This document shows positions 19,753 to 30,380 of a DNA stretch of 64,000 bases, piece after piece. Origin of the DNA: Candidatus Poribacteria bacterium (GTDB lineage: Bacteria; Poribacteria; WGA-4E; WGA-3G). Below the pieces are notes generated by a model that was given only the letters and a program-made list of their open reading frames with translations, was not told the origin of the DNA and did no database searches. The position numbers and the translations under genes were made by a program. Within the stretch, counting starts at the first letter, position 1; each line of letters starts with the position of its first letter. The DNA is taken from positions 2,528,001 to 2,592,000 of the forward strand of contig CAXXLX010000001.1 in the NCBI GenBank assembly GCA_963665235.2, in the 5' to 3' direction.

Positions 19753-20322
19753 ATGTCTAATGAACGTGAAACGCAAAAAGAAATTCGGCGAATTGTCCGG
19801 GTGTTAGAGGCGACATCAAAGCTTCTTGAAAAATCTGCCCTGTTCGATAATTTTTTGGAGGGTGAAAAGCGATGCATCCAACAATTCAACAATGCCCTTT
19901 CACGCCTGAACGATTTAGGGGCACTGCCGGAAGGTTTGTTTGATCCGCTAGAGGAAGGGGCGACATTTGGAGACATCGGCTACTCGTATCACCAGCTCGC
20001 TACGTACCTCAAAGAGGGAATTTCGGTTGAATTCGATTTCGACATTAACCAAGCGAAGAAAACGATTGGTGAAGAGATGCGAAATGTTGGCGATGTTATA
20101 ACGCGCACCTTCTTCAAAGATACAAAAGAGGAAGACTCGGAAGCCGAAACGATTGAAGTCGTTGAGGAAGAAGAGGAAACATCCGATGTCCTCGAACCGC
20201 GCCTTGAAAAACTTGAAGAGCAGATGGGAACTATCGTCCAGATTCTTCAAGAACTCCGAGCAGACCAGGTACAAGAAGACCAGGTACAAGAAGACCAGGT
20301 ACAAGAGGACGAAGAGGCTTAG
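19753..20322 (+). CDS. Hypothetical acidic helical protein
   Basis: RBS AAGGAG before ATG 19753. C-terminal DQVQE x3 (15-bp repeat). Confidence 0.7.
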   Translation: MSNERETQKEIRRIVRVLEATSKLLEKSALFDNFLEGEKRCIQQFNNALSRLNDLGALPEGLFDPLEEGATFGDIGYSYHQLATYLKEGISVEFDFDINQAKKTIGEEMRNVGDVITRTFFKDTKEEDSEAETIEVVEEEEETSDVLEPRLEKLEEQMGTIVQILQELRADQVQEDQVQEDQVQEDEEA

Positions 20323-20416
20323 CATAACCCTTGTTGCACGCTTCCTGACGTTTCAAAAAACTTTCGATAACAAACGTTTGTGAGGCGTGCACGCACAAGG
20401 GCGAAACTTCATTTTG

Positions 20417-20752
20417 TCGCGTGCGAAGCACGCTCCTACCGAGGATATAAACGGATTTTCGCGTGCGAAGCACGCTCCTACCGAGGATATAAACGGATTT
20501 TCGCGTGCGAAGCACGCTCCTACCGAGGATATAAACGGATTTTCGCGTGCGAAGCACGCTCCTACCGAGGATATAAACGGATTTTCGCGTGCGAAGCACG
20601 CTCCTACCGAGGATATAAACGGATTTTCGCGTGCGAAGCACGCTCCTACCGAGGATATAAACGGATTTTCGCGTGCGAAGCACGCTCCTACCGAGGATAT
20701 AAACGGATTTTCGCGTGCGAAGCACGCTCCTACCGAGGATATGAACGGATTT
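20417..20752. repeat. Tandem array of 8 x 42-bp GTAG-type REP units
   Basis: Unit TCGCGTGCGAAGCACGCTCCTACCGAGGATATAAACGGATTT; the reverse strand reads GTAG followed by a GCGTGC-TTC-GCACGC hairpin. Confidence 0.92.
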
Positions 20753-20753
20753 T

Positions 20754-22664
20754 TCACCAGTGCTTGAAGGAATACATCCGCTGTTCTAGGAATAATCCCA
20801 AAGTCGCCCAGATGCTGCCCATGACAAATTCACCGAGCATTGCTCCGAAAAATAGGGGCAACGCGCGACGATACGCACCAATCCCACCGTGCCGAACGAG
20901 TAGGGATTTTATCGCCCACGCCAAAAATACAGGAAACCAGAGCCGACCGAAATTCCAATTGCCCGATAGCGGATAGGCGAGCGGGTGCAGCTGCCACCAG
21001 ATAAACCGCATCCGCATAAAAAGCGTAATGAATGTGAGAAACATGCCGAACCCGAAGAAGCTGAGCTGTCGCCACTCCGTATCACTCGGCAATGTTAACC
21101 AACGTTGGAGGTCACTAAATGCTTCCTGTCCGCGCCAGGTCCCCAGGCTTCCGTGCCTATACCCCGCATGCAGGAATGCCGTGAACCCGATAAGCAGTCC
21201 GATGACGGTTGCCCCCCACATGACCCAGAGCAGCTGCTGTGTGTTGATTGCCCCCTTTTCAGCCAATTTGAATCCCTCTAGTTGATTCGGCATCGGTTGT
21301 GAGCGGTAGTTGCGGGTAAACCCGTATAAGAAGGCGAATCCTGTTAGTGTCGGTGCGCCAATTTTTCTGGAGCCGAAAAGCGAAGTTAAGAAAAAGCTGG
21401 GGCCGGCACGGTAAAAATCCTGCGTCGGTGTGCCAAGTTCCGCCCGCATCCGTGTGAAGGCTAAGACTAAAATGAAGTGGATGCTAAAAAATCCTATAAT
21501 CCCCCACCACGACATGCCCGCCTTGAGGCAAAATCCGAAAATAACGGCAATGCTGAGCAGAAAACCGAGGACCGCGCCGCGATATCCCATCGGTTCGCCT
21601 TCGCCGGTAGCAGCGTTAACGTGTAACCCTAAAACGTTGCGTGCAACCTGCCACAAGTGTTTACGCGTTATCCAGAGCGCGAAGAAACAGAGCGCGAAAT
21701 ATGCCCCAAGCGATTGCATGTCAATATGAGGGTATCCCGGCACCTGTTCTAAGCCTGTAACCGCGCCAAAAACCCGTTGTCCCTTCCAGAAAAGATAGAA
21801 TAGCCAGCAAGAAAGCGATAGGTCCAGCGGCATCAAAAAACCTATACCGATAGCGTAAGGGTTCAGATGGATAGGCGTTGACCCGATAGCGTTGAACGGT
21901 TTCTCCGTAAACAGCTGCCCGATGTCGTGCCGAATAGGAATGTTCGGCAGATATGGATAGAGAAAACTCATGCCGTTGAGCAGGTCAAGTCCAAATCCGA
22001 TAGCAAAGCCGACCCAGAGAAGTCGGTTGCGATAGAAAGGCGCGCCTTTTGTCATCTCAAACGGAAGTAGGATAATCGGATAACTCAATTTTTCATGTGC
22101 AATCCACTGTTTACGCAGGATGACACTGAGCATAAGCATAGAGAAGGCAAGGGCAGCGAAGAAGAACGTCCACGATAGCACAGGTGTAAGCCACGCGCGG
22201 ATATGTGTCGCTTCAAATAGCGTTGAAGTGCCCTCATAATATCCGATTAAGGCGCGTCGGTTCATAACCGCAATCCAGTCGGGAATGTAATGGAAGAAGA
22301 GCGATTGCCATTCATTCTCCGGCGTAGCGAACCAGCTGGCGTGTCCAAGGATACACATTGTCGCCTGCAAAAGGTCATGCCCACAAACGACGCATGCAAG
22401 CGTCACCATAAGGTATACTGTCAACATTTCTCCTTGCGTCAGCTGCCATTTCGGAAAATATTGTGTTAAGAGTAGGTTAAAAATCGCGACGAGGAATAGG
22501 GTGAAGACAGCATTGAAGAAGATTGCCATCGTAGTGGGGTACTGTGTTGTCCAGACCGTCTCTGTCTGAACGACGAGGTAGATATTAAGTGGAAGCGACA
22601 GCAGGCCGAGCAATATAGCTCGCCATGTGATATTCTCAGTTGGGGAATGCGGTGGCTTCTCCAT
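20754..22664 (-). CDS. DUF6785/DUF6784-type polytopic membrane protein (putative peptide transporter)
   Basis: ITWRAILLG, LRKQW..HEKLSYP, RMRAELG, WWQLHPLAY and PLFFGAMLGE motifs. Confidence 0.78.
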   Translation of the reverse strand: MEKPPHSPTENITWRAILLGLLSLPLNIYLVVQTETVWTTQYPTTMAIFFNAVFTLFLVAIFNLLLTQYFPKWQLTQGEMLTVYLMVTLACVVCGHDLLQATMCILGHASWFATPENEWQSLFFHYIPDWIAVMNRRALIGYYEGTSTLFEATHIRAWLTPVLSWTFFFAALAFSMLMLSVILRKQWIAHEKLSYPIILLPFEMTKGAPFYRNRLLWVGFAIGFGLDLLNGMSFLYPYLPNIPIRHDIGQLFTEKPFNAIGSTPIHLNPYAIGIGFLMPLDLSLSCWLFYLFWKGQRVFGAVTGLEQVPGYPHIDMQSLGAYFALCFFALWITRKHLWQVARNVLGLHVNAATGEGEPMGYRGAVLGFLLSIAVIFGFCLKAGMSWWGIIGFFSIHFILVLAFTRMRAELGTPTQDFYRAGPSFFLTSLFGSRKIGAPTLTGFAFLYGFTRNYRSQPMPNQLEGFKLAEKGAINTQQLLWVMWGATVIGLLIGFTAFLHAGYRHGSLGTWRGQEAFSDLQRWLTLPSDTEWRQLSFFGFGMFLTFITLFMRMRFIWWQLHPLAYPLSGNWNFGRLWFPVFLAWAIKSLLVRHGGIGAYRRALPLFFGAMLGEFVMGSIWATLGLFLEQRMYSFKHW

Positions 22665-22904
22665 AACGGTGTCGTGTCCTGATAGTGTTAGCGGTTTTGT
22701 TCAAGCTTATAGGTCGGGTTGAACGCAGATGTGGCGTTGATGTGGAAAACGGAATGTCTCTGCCAATTATACGATTTCTCCTTCTCTATAGCAAGTTAAA
22801 AAATCGGATTTCGGGGGTAGGGGATTTTCGGTTGACATCTGGGGGTTGGATGTGGTATTATTTTTACATAAAACCAATTAGCATTCCAAAAGGAAATGTA
22901 ATAA

Positions 22905-24665
22905 ATGCAACACGTTTTTATATCCTATATGCCCGAAAATACGGCTATCATTGATAGGCTTCGCGAAGAACTAACCTCACGCGGCATAGAAGTCTGGATT
23001 GACCGAAATGAGATTAAACCGGAATCTCACTGGAAAGATGCCATTCGGGAAACTATTCGTGAAGGGACTTTTTTTATCGCGTGTTTCTCAAAGGAATATA
23101 GTAAACGCGATAAGACCGACATGAATCAGGAACTGACAATCGCAATTGATGAGCTGCGTCAGCAACCTACTAACAGAGCGTGGTTTATTCCTGTCAAGTT
23201 GAACAGCTGTAAGATACCTAATCGTAACATTGGTAGAGGTGAAACCCTCAACGCTCTTCACGATGTTAAACTCTATAAGGATTGGAATGCTGGTATTCAA
23301 AGCATAATTAAGGTTATTCAATCCGAATCGACGGAACCGACAAGAAATGAGAGCCCCAACTCAAAATCTTCGGAGGACTTTGTAGCTCAAGACAGTGTGG
23401 GCACAAAGAGTTCTGAAGTTAATAGGGACCGAAACAGAAAATTGACTGATTCGCTATTTCAACAAGTTGACGCGATGATGAAGCGCGGCGAAATAGACCC
23501 AGCAGTTACGGATTATGACACAGCGATTGCCTTAGAACCAAAAGATGCTAAAATCTACTATAGTAGCGGTAATGCTTACCGCAATGAAGGCGCGTTTGAA
23601 CTTGCTCCTGCGGATTATAATGAGGTAATAGAGTCGGATATAGAAAACGCCGGTTTCTACAACAGTCGCGGTGTTATCTACAGCAACGAAGGCGAAACAG
23701 ATAAGGCCATCAGAGATTTCAACAAGGCAATAGAACTGAATCCAAAATTTACCGAGGCTTATTACAATCGTGGCAATGTTTACGCAAACACAAGCGATTT
23801 TGATAACGCCATCAGCGACTATACCGAAGTAATAAAACGCAACCCAAATGATGCCCAGGCATATAACAATCGTGGCAATGTTTACGCAAACACAAGCGAT
23901 TTTGATAACGCCATCAGCGACTATACCGAAGCAATAAAACGCAACCCAAATGATGCCTAGGCATATTCCGGCCGGGGTTTTACTTACTACGATATAAATG
24001 AGTTTGATAACGCCATAGATGACTATACGGAAGCAATAAAACGCAACCCAAATGATGCCGAGATTTATTACAATCGGGGTCTTGCTTACGCCGAAACAGG
24101 TAATTTTGACAACGCCATCAACGACTATACGCAAGTAATAAAACGCAACCCAAATGATGCCGGTGCCTATTACGTCCGGGGCAATGCTTACTTGCACAAA
24201 GGTGAGTTTGATAACGCCATAGATGACTATACCGAAGCAATAAAACGCAACCCAAATGATGCCGATGCCTATTACGTCCGGGGCACTGCTTACCTCGCAA
24301 AAGGTGAGTTTGATAACGCCATAGATGACTATACCGAAGCAATAAAACGTAAAAAAGATTATGCCGGTGCCTATTACGTCCGGGGCACTGCTTACGTTGC
24401 CAAAGGTGATGTGTATAATGCCATCAGCGACTATAATACAACTATAAAATACAAACCCGATTTTGCCGGAGTGTATGTTGTCCGTGGGTTAGTCTGCTTA
24501 CATTTAAGGAAATGGAAAAGAGCAAAATCAGATCTGATGAAAGCCAGAAACCTGGGCGTGGATATCGGTGCTGCATTCCATGAGGACTACGCGAGCGTTG
24601 AAGATTTTGAGCAGGAAATGGGTATCCAGTTGCCAGAAGGCATCGCTGCACTATTGACTTCGTAG
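22905..24665 (+). pseudogene. TIR-TPR protein interrupted by an in-frame TAG at 23958-23960
   Basis: TIR domain (HVFISY...EVWID...FIACFS...EL) plus TPRs. The frame stays open after the TAG to 24665; the previous repeat has CAG at the same position. Confidence 0.85.
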
Positions 24666-24698
24666 GTTGAGGTGATTTACAGTGATTCAATATAAATC

Positions 24699-26684
24699 TT
24701 AGAAGGCTTGTTCAAGGCCATAAAGTAGTTGTGGTCGGAGGGATTGGTTGAAAAGAGGGTCGAGCGGGAAAGCGATGCCGATGTGAAAGATGCCCGCTGC
24801 GCTTACCTGCGAAAAACTGCCGCGTAATTTGATACCTACGCTCCGTTTGGGTTCATTTAAATTGAACGTATGTAGGTCCTTCCAGATATAACCGATGTCG
24901 GCAAAGACGGTTGCGCCTAGGACAAGACCCAGCTTAACGGCACGTTTACTAAACGGCCGCACACAGAAGTTGATAGCGGAATCAGAGATTTCATCTAGTT
25001 TTTGAAAAAGCTCTCCCCCGAATATAGTCCTGGATTCAATGCTTAGGAGCAGCATTTTTTCGCCGCTGAATTCACGATATCCGTAGCCGCGTAGCCCGTT
25101 GAATGCGCCGAGGATAACCTGTCTTTGTCCACTCCATCCGAACAGCATTTGGGTTTTGATTTGTGCAACAAGTGTCTGATGGAAATCAAAAAGTCCGTTC
25201 CTACGAAATCCTTCGTTGACTTTATAAATATCACCTGTGTTGAATATATCTGTGTAAAACCATGCAGTTCTCGCTTGAAAAGTAGAGTGTTCAATTTCAT
25301 CGGTGAAATTTGTACTGAGCGCTAGGGTCGTTGTGCCCAAAAAACGGGGATGACCGACCCACCCAGATTTGAAAGCGATTGCGGCATAAGCCTCCGAACT
25401 GTCTGAACCGTACAGCGGGGAGGCATACCCAAGGGAGGCTTCATAGCGTGAGCCTCTAAAAAAATCCTCTTCACGGCCCATCTGTCTAAGAAACCGGGTT
25501 TGATGGTAGTTAACGGACTGTCGCCCCACTGTGAAACCGACACGATTGATAGTTCGGTTTGTGGGACACGCTACGGCTGCGGAACTCTTCCCAGTAGGGG
25601 TGTATATTGAACGTTGTCCAGTTGTCCAAACGCCGATGTAGTTCTGTCTATGCCGGTCGCCAAAGTATCGTTGTACGTTGCTGGACGCATGCTGTAGGTC
25701 CTGTATATATGTCCCTGTTCGCATGCCCTCCTCGTACCATGAGACTTCATCAATTGCCTCAGCGGCACTAAACGCGACGCTCCACCGGCTTTTTAATGTA
25801 TATTGTGGCAGTTCGAGGAGGACACCCCATGAATCTCCGACCCGTTTTTGTATATATTCTCCATTAAAGTTCCAGTGTGAGTTGAAAAGGCGGGGCATCT
25901 GGTACCCCCATTTAAAGAGGCTCCGCGTTTTTTCATCTATCTCGCTAATCCGTTCATAATGGAATTGTGTACCATGTCCGGTGCCGTTCAAATTGGATTC
26001 CCGTATTTTCAAGAGAAATTTTGAGCTCTGACTGCCTAAGGCGGGACTGATTGCACCTGTGATAGTTAACCAATCCTCTGTAATCGTGACATTAATTTTT
26101 ACCGTTTTCGTTTCCGCATCCCAATGTGCTGTAACCTTTGCTGCACTGATGTATTCCTTCTGGCGCAGAATGTGTTCACTCTCCTCCGCATCATCCTCCA
26201 TGTAAACATCCCCCACTTTGAACAGGAGTTCGCGGAGAATCACATCTGTGTCGGTTTTCTGGTAACCCTGAACGTTCAGTTTGATGTCACTAATAATGCC
26301 CTTGTCAATATGAATCCGGATATGAACGCCGTCCCCGATTTTTTTAACAGATTCGGTCGAAATGTGGACGAACGGAAACCCGATGTGCTGATAATAACGG
26401 AGGATAGTTTCGAAATCCTGCTTCAAAACTGTCTCTTTGTAAACGCCGCCCTTCTTTGTTCGCATGAGCTTATGAATCTGCTGCCGTTCAGTGTGGGGTA
26501 GGTCGAGCGTCTGTTGGCGAGGGAATGAGCGACTTTCCCGAATTGAGAGTCCGTGAATAACATCCCCCTCCGCTCCGAAGGCGGGTTGCATGCAAAGGCA
26601 TAGCAGTAATAAACTGATAGCAAAGGAGAGTCCGCGTCTCCGTACAAAAATATGTGAGAAGGAGGGAAGGTATAAATGTTTCAT
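24699..26684 (-). CDS. BamA/TamA (Omp85) family outer membrane protein
   Basis: POTRA-like VILRELLFKVGD, ESNLNGTG, GLRGY, FADIG and C-terminal F. Confidence 0.85.
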   Translation of the reverse strand: MKHLYLPSFSHIFVRRRGLSFAISLLLLCLCMQPAFGAEGDVIHGLSIRESRSFPRQQTLDLPHTERQQIHKLMRTKKGGVYKETVLKQDFETILRYYQHIGFPFVHISTESVKKIGDGVHIRIHIDKGIISDIKLNVQGYQKTDTDVILRELLFKVGDVYMEDDAEESEHILRQKEYISAAKVTAHWDAETKTVKINVTITEDWLTITGAISPALGSQSSKFLLKIRESNLNGTGHGTQFHYERISEIDEKTRSLFKWGYQMPRLFNSHWNFNGEYIQKRVGDSWGVLLELPQYTLKSRWSVAFSAAEAIDEVSWYEEGMRTGTYIQDLQHASSNVQRYFGDRHRQNYIGVWTTGQRSIYTPTGKSSAAVACPTNRTINRVGFTVGRQSVNYHQTRFLRQMGREEDFFRGSRYEASLGYASPLYGSDSSEAYAAIAFKSGWVGHPRFLGTTTLALSTNFTDEIEHSTFQARTAWFYTDIFNTGDIYKVNEGFRRNGLFDFHQTLVAQIKTQMLFGWSGQRQVILGAFNGLRGYGYREFSGEKMLLLSIESRTIFGGELFQKLDEISDSAINFCVRPFSKRAVKLGLVLGATVFADIGYIWKDLHTFNLNEPKRSVGIKLRGSFSQVSAAGIFHIGIAFPLDPLFNQSLRPQLLYGLEQAF

Positions 26685-26687
26685 TCT

Positions 26688-28808
26688 CTAGTCCCCCGCG
26701 GGTGGGGTGGAAGTCTGTGTGTGTGTCCCCGCGGGCGGGGTGGAGGTCTGCGCGTGTTCCCGGTTTGAAAGAAACCCCTCAAGCAGCATAAGACACACAG
26801 CTAAAATCAGCAATTCTCCCCAGATTTCTCTACCGTGCCTTTTGATGTCCAGCGCAGCAGTATCCAGCTGTCCTGTTTCATCAACTTCTGTTGTTCGTGC
26901 GTCGATGCGTTCGGCTGCATGTTGCAATGAAATCGGTGTCAAATTCGCTTCGGGTGCGGGGGTGTTAACGGCGAAAAAGTCGCGTTGCAGTCTACCTTGC
27001 GTTTTCACGTCGACCTGATAGATACCGGGGTATTCTGTTGCCTTGAACTGCATAGTTCCATCTTCAGCAATTGGCACAGCTGTCGCTGCGTCTTCATCCG
27101 GCGCGGCTAGTCGTTTGATCCAAGCCCGTGCGCCGGCACTTTGCGGATACCTCGCGCTGTACGGTTCACCAACGTTCAAGTTTTTTACAGCTCGGGAGCG
27201 CGTTGCGTAAAGTACGCTCTGTTGAAGAAGCGGCAGGAAGTAAGGATTGACAAGCAACGTTGTCCTTTTCGTTTGCTGCTGGAGTCCACAGTTAAAGAAT
27301 AGAAGTACGCTTGTTCCTTCACGTTTTTCAATAAGGAATGGCGTGCTATCTTCGAAACGTGCGATAACATTTGCGTCTGGGGTGGGGGTTACCGTCAAAC
27401 CTTTGTAAAATTGAGGGCCGTATTGACCGGCGAGCACGTCCTCCGGAAAAATATCGAAGATAGGATGCTCCGCCTGATAAGGATTAATCTTTTTCGGGCT
27501 TTGCCATGTAAGCGGTGCCCCGAATTGTGCGGGGGCCCAGTGAAGGTTAACTTCAGCCGAAACAAACATGATAACACTTTTGCCGCGCCGGATGAACTCT
27601 CGGATTTGGGTTTCAGCACGGCGTGAAATCGTCGGTACATCTGCAAAAAGGAGAACGTCATACTGCTCAAGCGGAAACGTTTCAAAAGCTGTAGGCGTGC
27701 ATGTCGTCGGTTGAATCATTGGCATTCGGGACAGATTCCTCTCGGTCTGCGCGGCAGCTGCAGGGTTTAGCACTAAAGTTAGGTATTCCATCTGTTCACC
27801 GACACAAAGCACCTTAATTTCACCTAATGCGTCAAAGGCAAAATACCGCCGATTGTCTACATTCAGACGGTCCGCTGCTAGTTCAAAATAACCGGTATGC
27901 GTCCCCGGTGCTGAAAAGGTATGTGTTAAGGTCGTTCTAATTGACTCATCGGGGGTAGCGGAAAAACTCTGCGTTTTCCGTTTCTGTGCATTGACAAATA
28001 GTGTGAGGGTTGTTTGTTCCAGAGGCACATCCGAATGATTTCTGAGCGTAACGTTTAAGTGAAGCGGTAAATCAACACCTATTAGTTGATTGGAGGGCAG
28101 AATTTCTTCAATATTTGTATTGTATGGACTTTTTTCGTTAGTAGAAAGCAGGATAATGTCAGCCCCGGAGTGATTCGGAATTCGTCCCCAATTGCCCCAA
28201 CCGTTCTGTGTAAAATCTGAAATGAGATAGAGCTCCCTGTTCTGCTGTTCAGACTCGGCGAGGATTTCGTGTGCAAGTTCAAGGCTCGGTTGGACGTTTG
28301 TAGCGCGATAGGAGACTGTCGCGTCCTGAACCGCCGCTGTGACACTCTCAATATCGGGGGTTAGTTGCCGGAATACAGGCTGTGGGACATCAGACATTAA
28401 AATTAGGGCAGCGGTATCCCCATGACGAAGCGAGCGAAGCACATCGGTTGCCAACGTCTTGGCTTTGTCAAACCAAACGCCATCAACGTCCTGATACGCC
28501 ATACTGTAAGAGTTATCGAGAATAATGACGACATCGGTGTTCGCGCGTACGACGGCGGCTGGAAGACCGAGGGACAAGAAGGGACGTGCCATGGCAAACG
28601 CAATCAGGGCAACAATCGCCATACGGAGCAGCAGCAGTAGCAGCTGTTTGAACTGAAACCGCCGAACATTTTGGCGATGCGCCGCGAACAGGAACATCAA
28701 GCTGCTAAAATCTACTGTCACCGATTGACGACGACTCCAGAGATGAATAAGCAGTGGAATACCAGCGGCGAGAAGTCCGAGAAGAAATAATGGATTTAGA
28801 AAAGCCAA
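26688..28808 (-). CDS. BatA/vWA domain membrane protein
   Basis: FLNPLFLLGLLAAGIPLLIHL, ARP, MIDAS DNSYSM, LISDF and a C-terminal TM. Confidence 0.88.
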   Translation of the reverse strand: MAFLNPLFLLGLLAAGIPLLIHLWSRRQSVTVDFSSLMFLFAAHRQNVRRFQFKQLLLLLLRMAIVALIAFAMARPFLSLGLPAAVVRANTDVVIILDNSYSMAYQDVDGVWFDKAKTLATDVLRSLRHGDTAALILMSDVPQPVFRQLTPDIESVTAAVQDATVSYRATNVQPSLELAHEILAESEQQNRELYLISDFTQNGWGNWGRIPNHSGADIILLSTNEKSPYNTNIEEILPSNQLIGVDLPLHLNVTLRNHSDVPLEQTTLTLFVNAQKRKTQSFSATPDESIRTTLTHTFSAPGTHTGYFELAADRLNVDNRRYFAFDALGEIKVLCVGEQMEYLTLVLNPAAAAQTERNLSRMPMIQPTTCTPTAFETFPLEQYDVLLFADVPTISRRAETQIREFIRRGKSVIMFVSAEVNLHWAPAQFGAPLTWQSPKKINPYQAEHPIFDIFPEDVLAGQYGPQFYKGLTVTPTPDANVIARFEDSTPFLIEKREGTSVLLFFNCGLQQQTKRTTLLVNPYFLPLLQQSVLYATRSRAVKNLNVGEPYSARYPQSAGARAWIKRLAAPDEDAATAVPIAEDGTMQFKATEYPGIYQVDVKTQGRLQRDFFAVNTPAPEANLTPISLQHAAERIDARTTEVDETGQLDTAALDIKRHGREIWGELLILAVCLMLLEGFLSNREHAQTSTPPAGTHTQTSTPPAGD

Positions 28809-28848
28809 GCGTAACGTGCTCCCGTTTTTAAGGGTTATCGGCAGTCAG

Positions 28849-30342
28849 TTATTCGATAATAACGATTTCAAGTTGATTGAGGGTGCGGAAAGCCCCCTCC
28901 GACAATTCCATCATCGTATCCGATTCCAAGGTGCTGCCGCCGAGTTGAATGTGATTGGCATCAGCAATGACCTGATTTAATGTAGGGTCCATCGGAATCC
29001 AGGTGCCGACATAGACCTCGGGCCAAAAATGATAATAGAACGCATCCTTTGCAAAAACTAGCCCTGAACAGATTCGGGCAGGAATTCCAACCGAACGCGC
29101 CAGTGCAATAAATAGGACAGTGTGTTCTGTACAGTCCCCTGAAAGCGTCTCCAAGGTCGTTAAGGATGTCCCGTAACCGCCGCTTAAATTTTTTTCGTCA
29201 ATAGATTTGTAAACCCATTGACATAAAAGTTTTGCGGCATGCCAGGAATTGGTTTCGCCTGCTAGAATTTCCTCCGCTTTTGTCGTGATAGCTGGATGGT
29301 CGGTTTGAATATAAGCAGTTGCCGAGAGGAAGGGGTGCAGCTCCTCCTGCTGGATGGGTAAACTCGGGCAATTTGTCTCGTCAACCTTTGGAACGTCAAT
29401 TGTGAGAGTGCCGGTTTGTTCATCGGCTCGTTCCATTTTCTGGTGGTTATTGGTCAGGAACGTTTCCTTGAGATTTCCGCTGGTGAGCCGTACGTTTGCG
29501 ACAAGTCGGGAAGCCCCGGTTTTCGGTCTCTCGCCTGTGGGAAGGAGGCGAGTTTGCAAAACGAGGTCAACCTCTTCAATACCGTCTAATGCGGTTTTCT
29601 TATCGGTTTTGGTAGCAGTTAGTGCTAATCCCATCATATCTGTCTCGGTTCGGTACAGTGTTGAATCATCGGTGGAAAGCCACATACGTGTCGTAATGCC
29701 CCCCATAATGTCCATCGTCAGTTCAAGCAGCCAGACAGGTTTTTCCTGATGTTGGTAGGTTACGGTCTCTTCAGAAACAACGTGTAGTTCTGTTTTTATA
29801 GGTTGAAGGAGGTCAAAATTGAATAGGTGAAAGGTGTGTGTATCGCCAACCTTCAGCGGGTTTTTGGATAGCAAAGAATCTATCATGAGTTCGGAAATCG
29901 TATCAGGTGGAATATCGGCCTCAGTTTCCGTTGTTTCGCCATTAAGGGTTGTTGTGATATAGGCGGTACCGTCTATAACTTTTCCTTCAACCTGTTTCAG
30001 ACCCGATTCATTGGAGGTCAATAGGAAGTAGCGGGGCATTAAATCGGGGCCTGCGTATTCAATGCGGGTCTGTTCGATTTTCAGGTCTGTGCCAATTGCT
30101 TTAAAGTGCATCACTAAATCGGTCCGGCTCCGAATAGCGGGTTCCCCTTGATAATCGGTTTTCTCAATATAATTGTATAGATACCCTATTTTTTTCCCCA
30201 TCAACGTAAAGTTGTACCAATGTTCTTGTGGCTGTTGTAGCATATTCTCAAATTCCCCGTTTTCTATTTCCACGGCGTGTGTGATTGTTGTCATAACCGT
30301 AAATAGGAGAACGAGTAGTGTGCAAAATTTTAAACGTTTCAC
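28849..30342 (-). CDS. Secreted transglutaminase-like domain protein
   Basis: GDCTEH, ARSVGIPAR, YHFWPEVY and MDPT motifs. Confidence 0.9.
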   Translation of the reverse strand: MKRLKFCTLLVLLFTVMTTITHAVEIENGEFENMLQQPQEHWYNFTLMGKKIGYLYNYIEKTDYQGEPAIRSRTDLVMHFKAIGTDLKIEQTRIEYAGPDLMPRYFLLTSNESGLKQVEGKVIDGTAYITTTLNGETTETEADIPPDTISELMIDSLLSKNPLKVGDTHTFHLFNFDLLQPIKTELHVVSEETVTYQHQEKPVWLLELTMDIMGGITTRMWLSTDDSTLYRTETDMMGLALTATKTDKKTALDGIEEVDLVLQTRLLPTGERPKTGASRLVANVRLTSGNLKETFLTNNHQKMERADEQTGTLTIDVPKVDETNCPSLPIQQEELHPFLSATAYIQTDHPAITTKAEEILAGETNSWHAAKLLCQWVYKSIDEKNLSGGYGTSLTTLETLSGDCTEHTVLFIALARSVGIPARICSGLVFAKDAFYYHFWPEVYVGTWIPMDPTLNQVIADANHIQLGGSTLESDTMMELSEGAFRTLNQLEIVIIE

Positions 30343-30380
30343 AGTTTAATCCCCTTGTAGTGTGTATGTATGAACCGTTC

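Noticed and set aside
20417-20752. CRISPR array
   Set aside because: No unique spacers, units are identical, and there are no cas genes in the window.
20231-20976. Repeat-protein ORFs in several frames
   Set aside because: Artefacts of a 42-bp unit length divisible by three.
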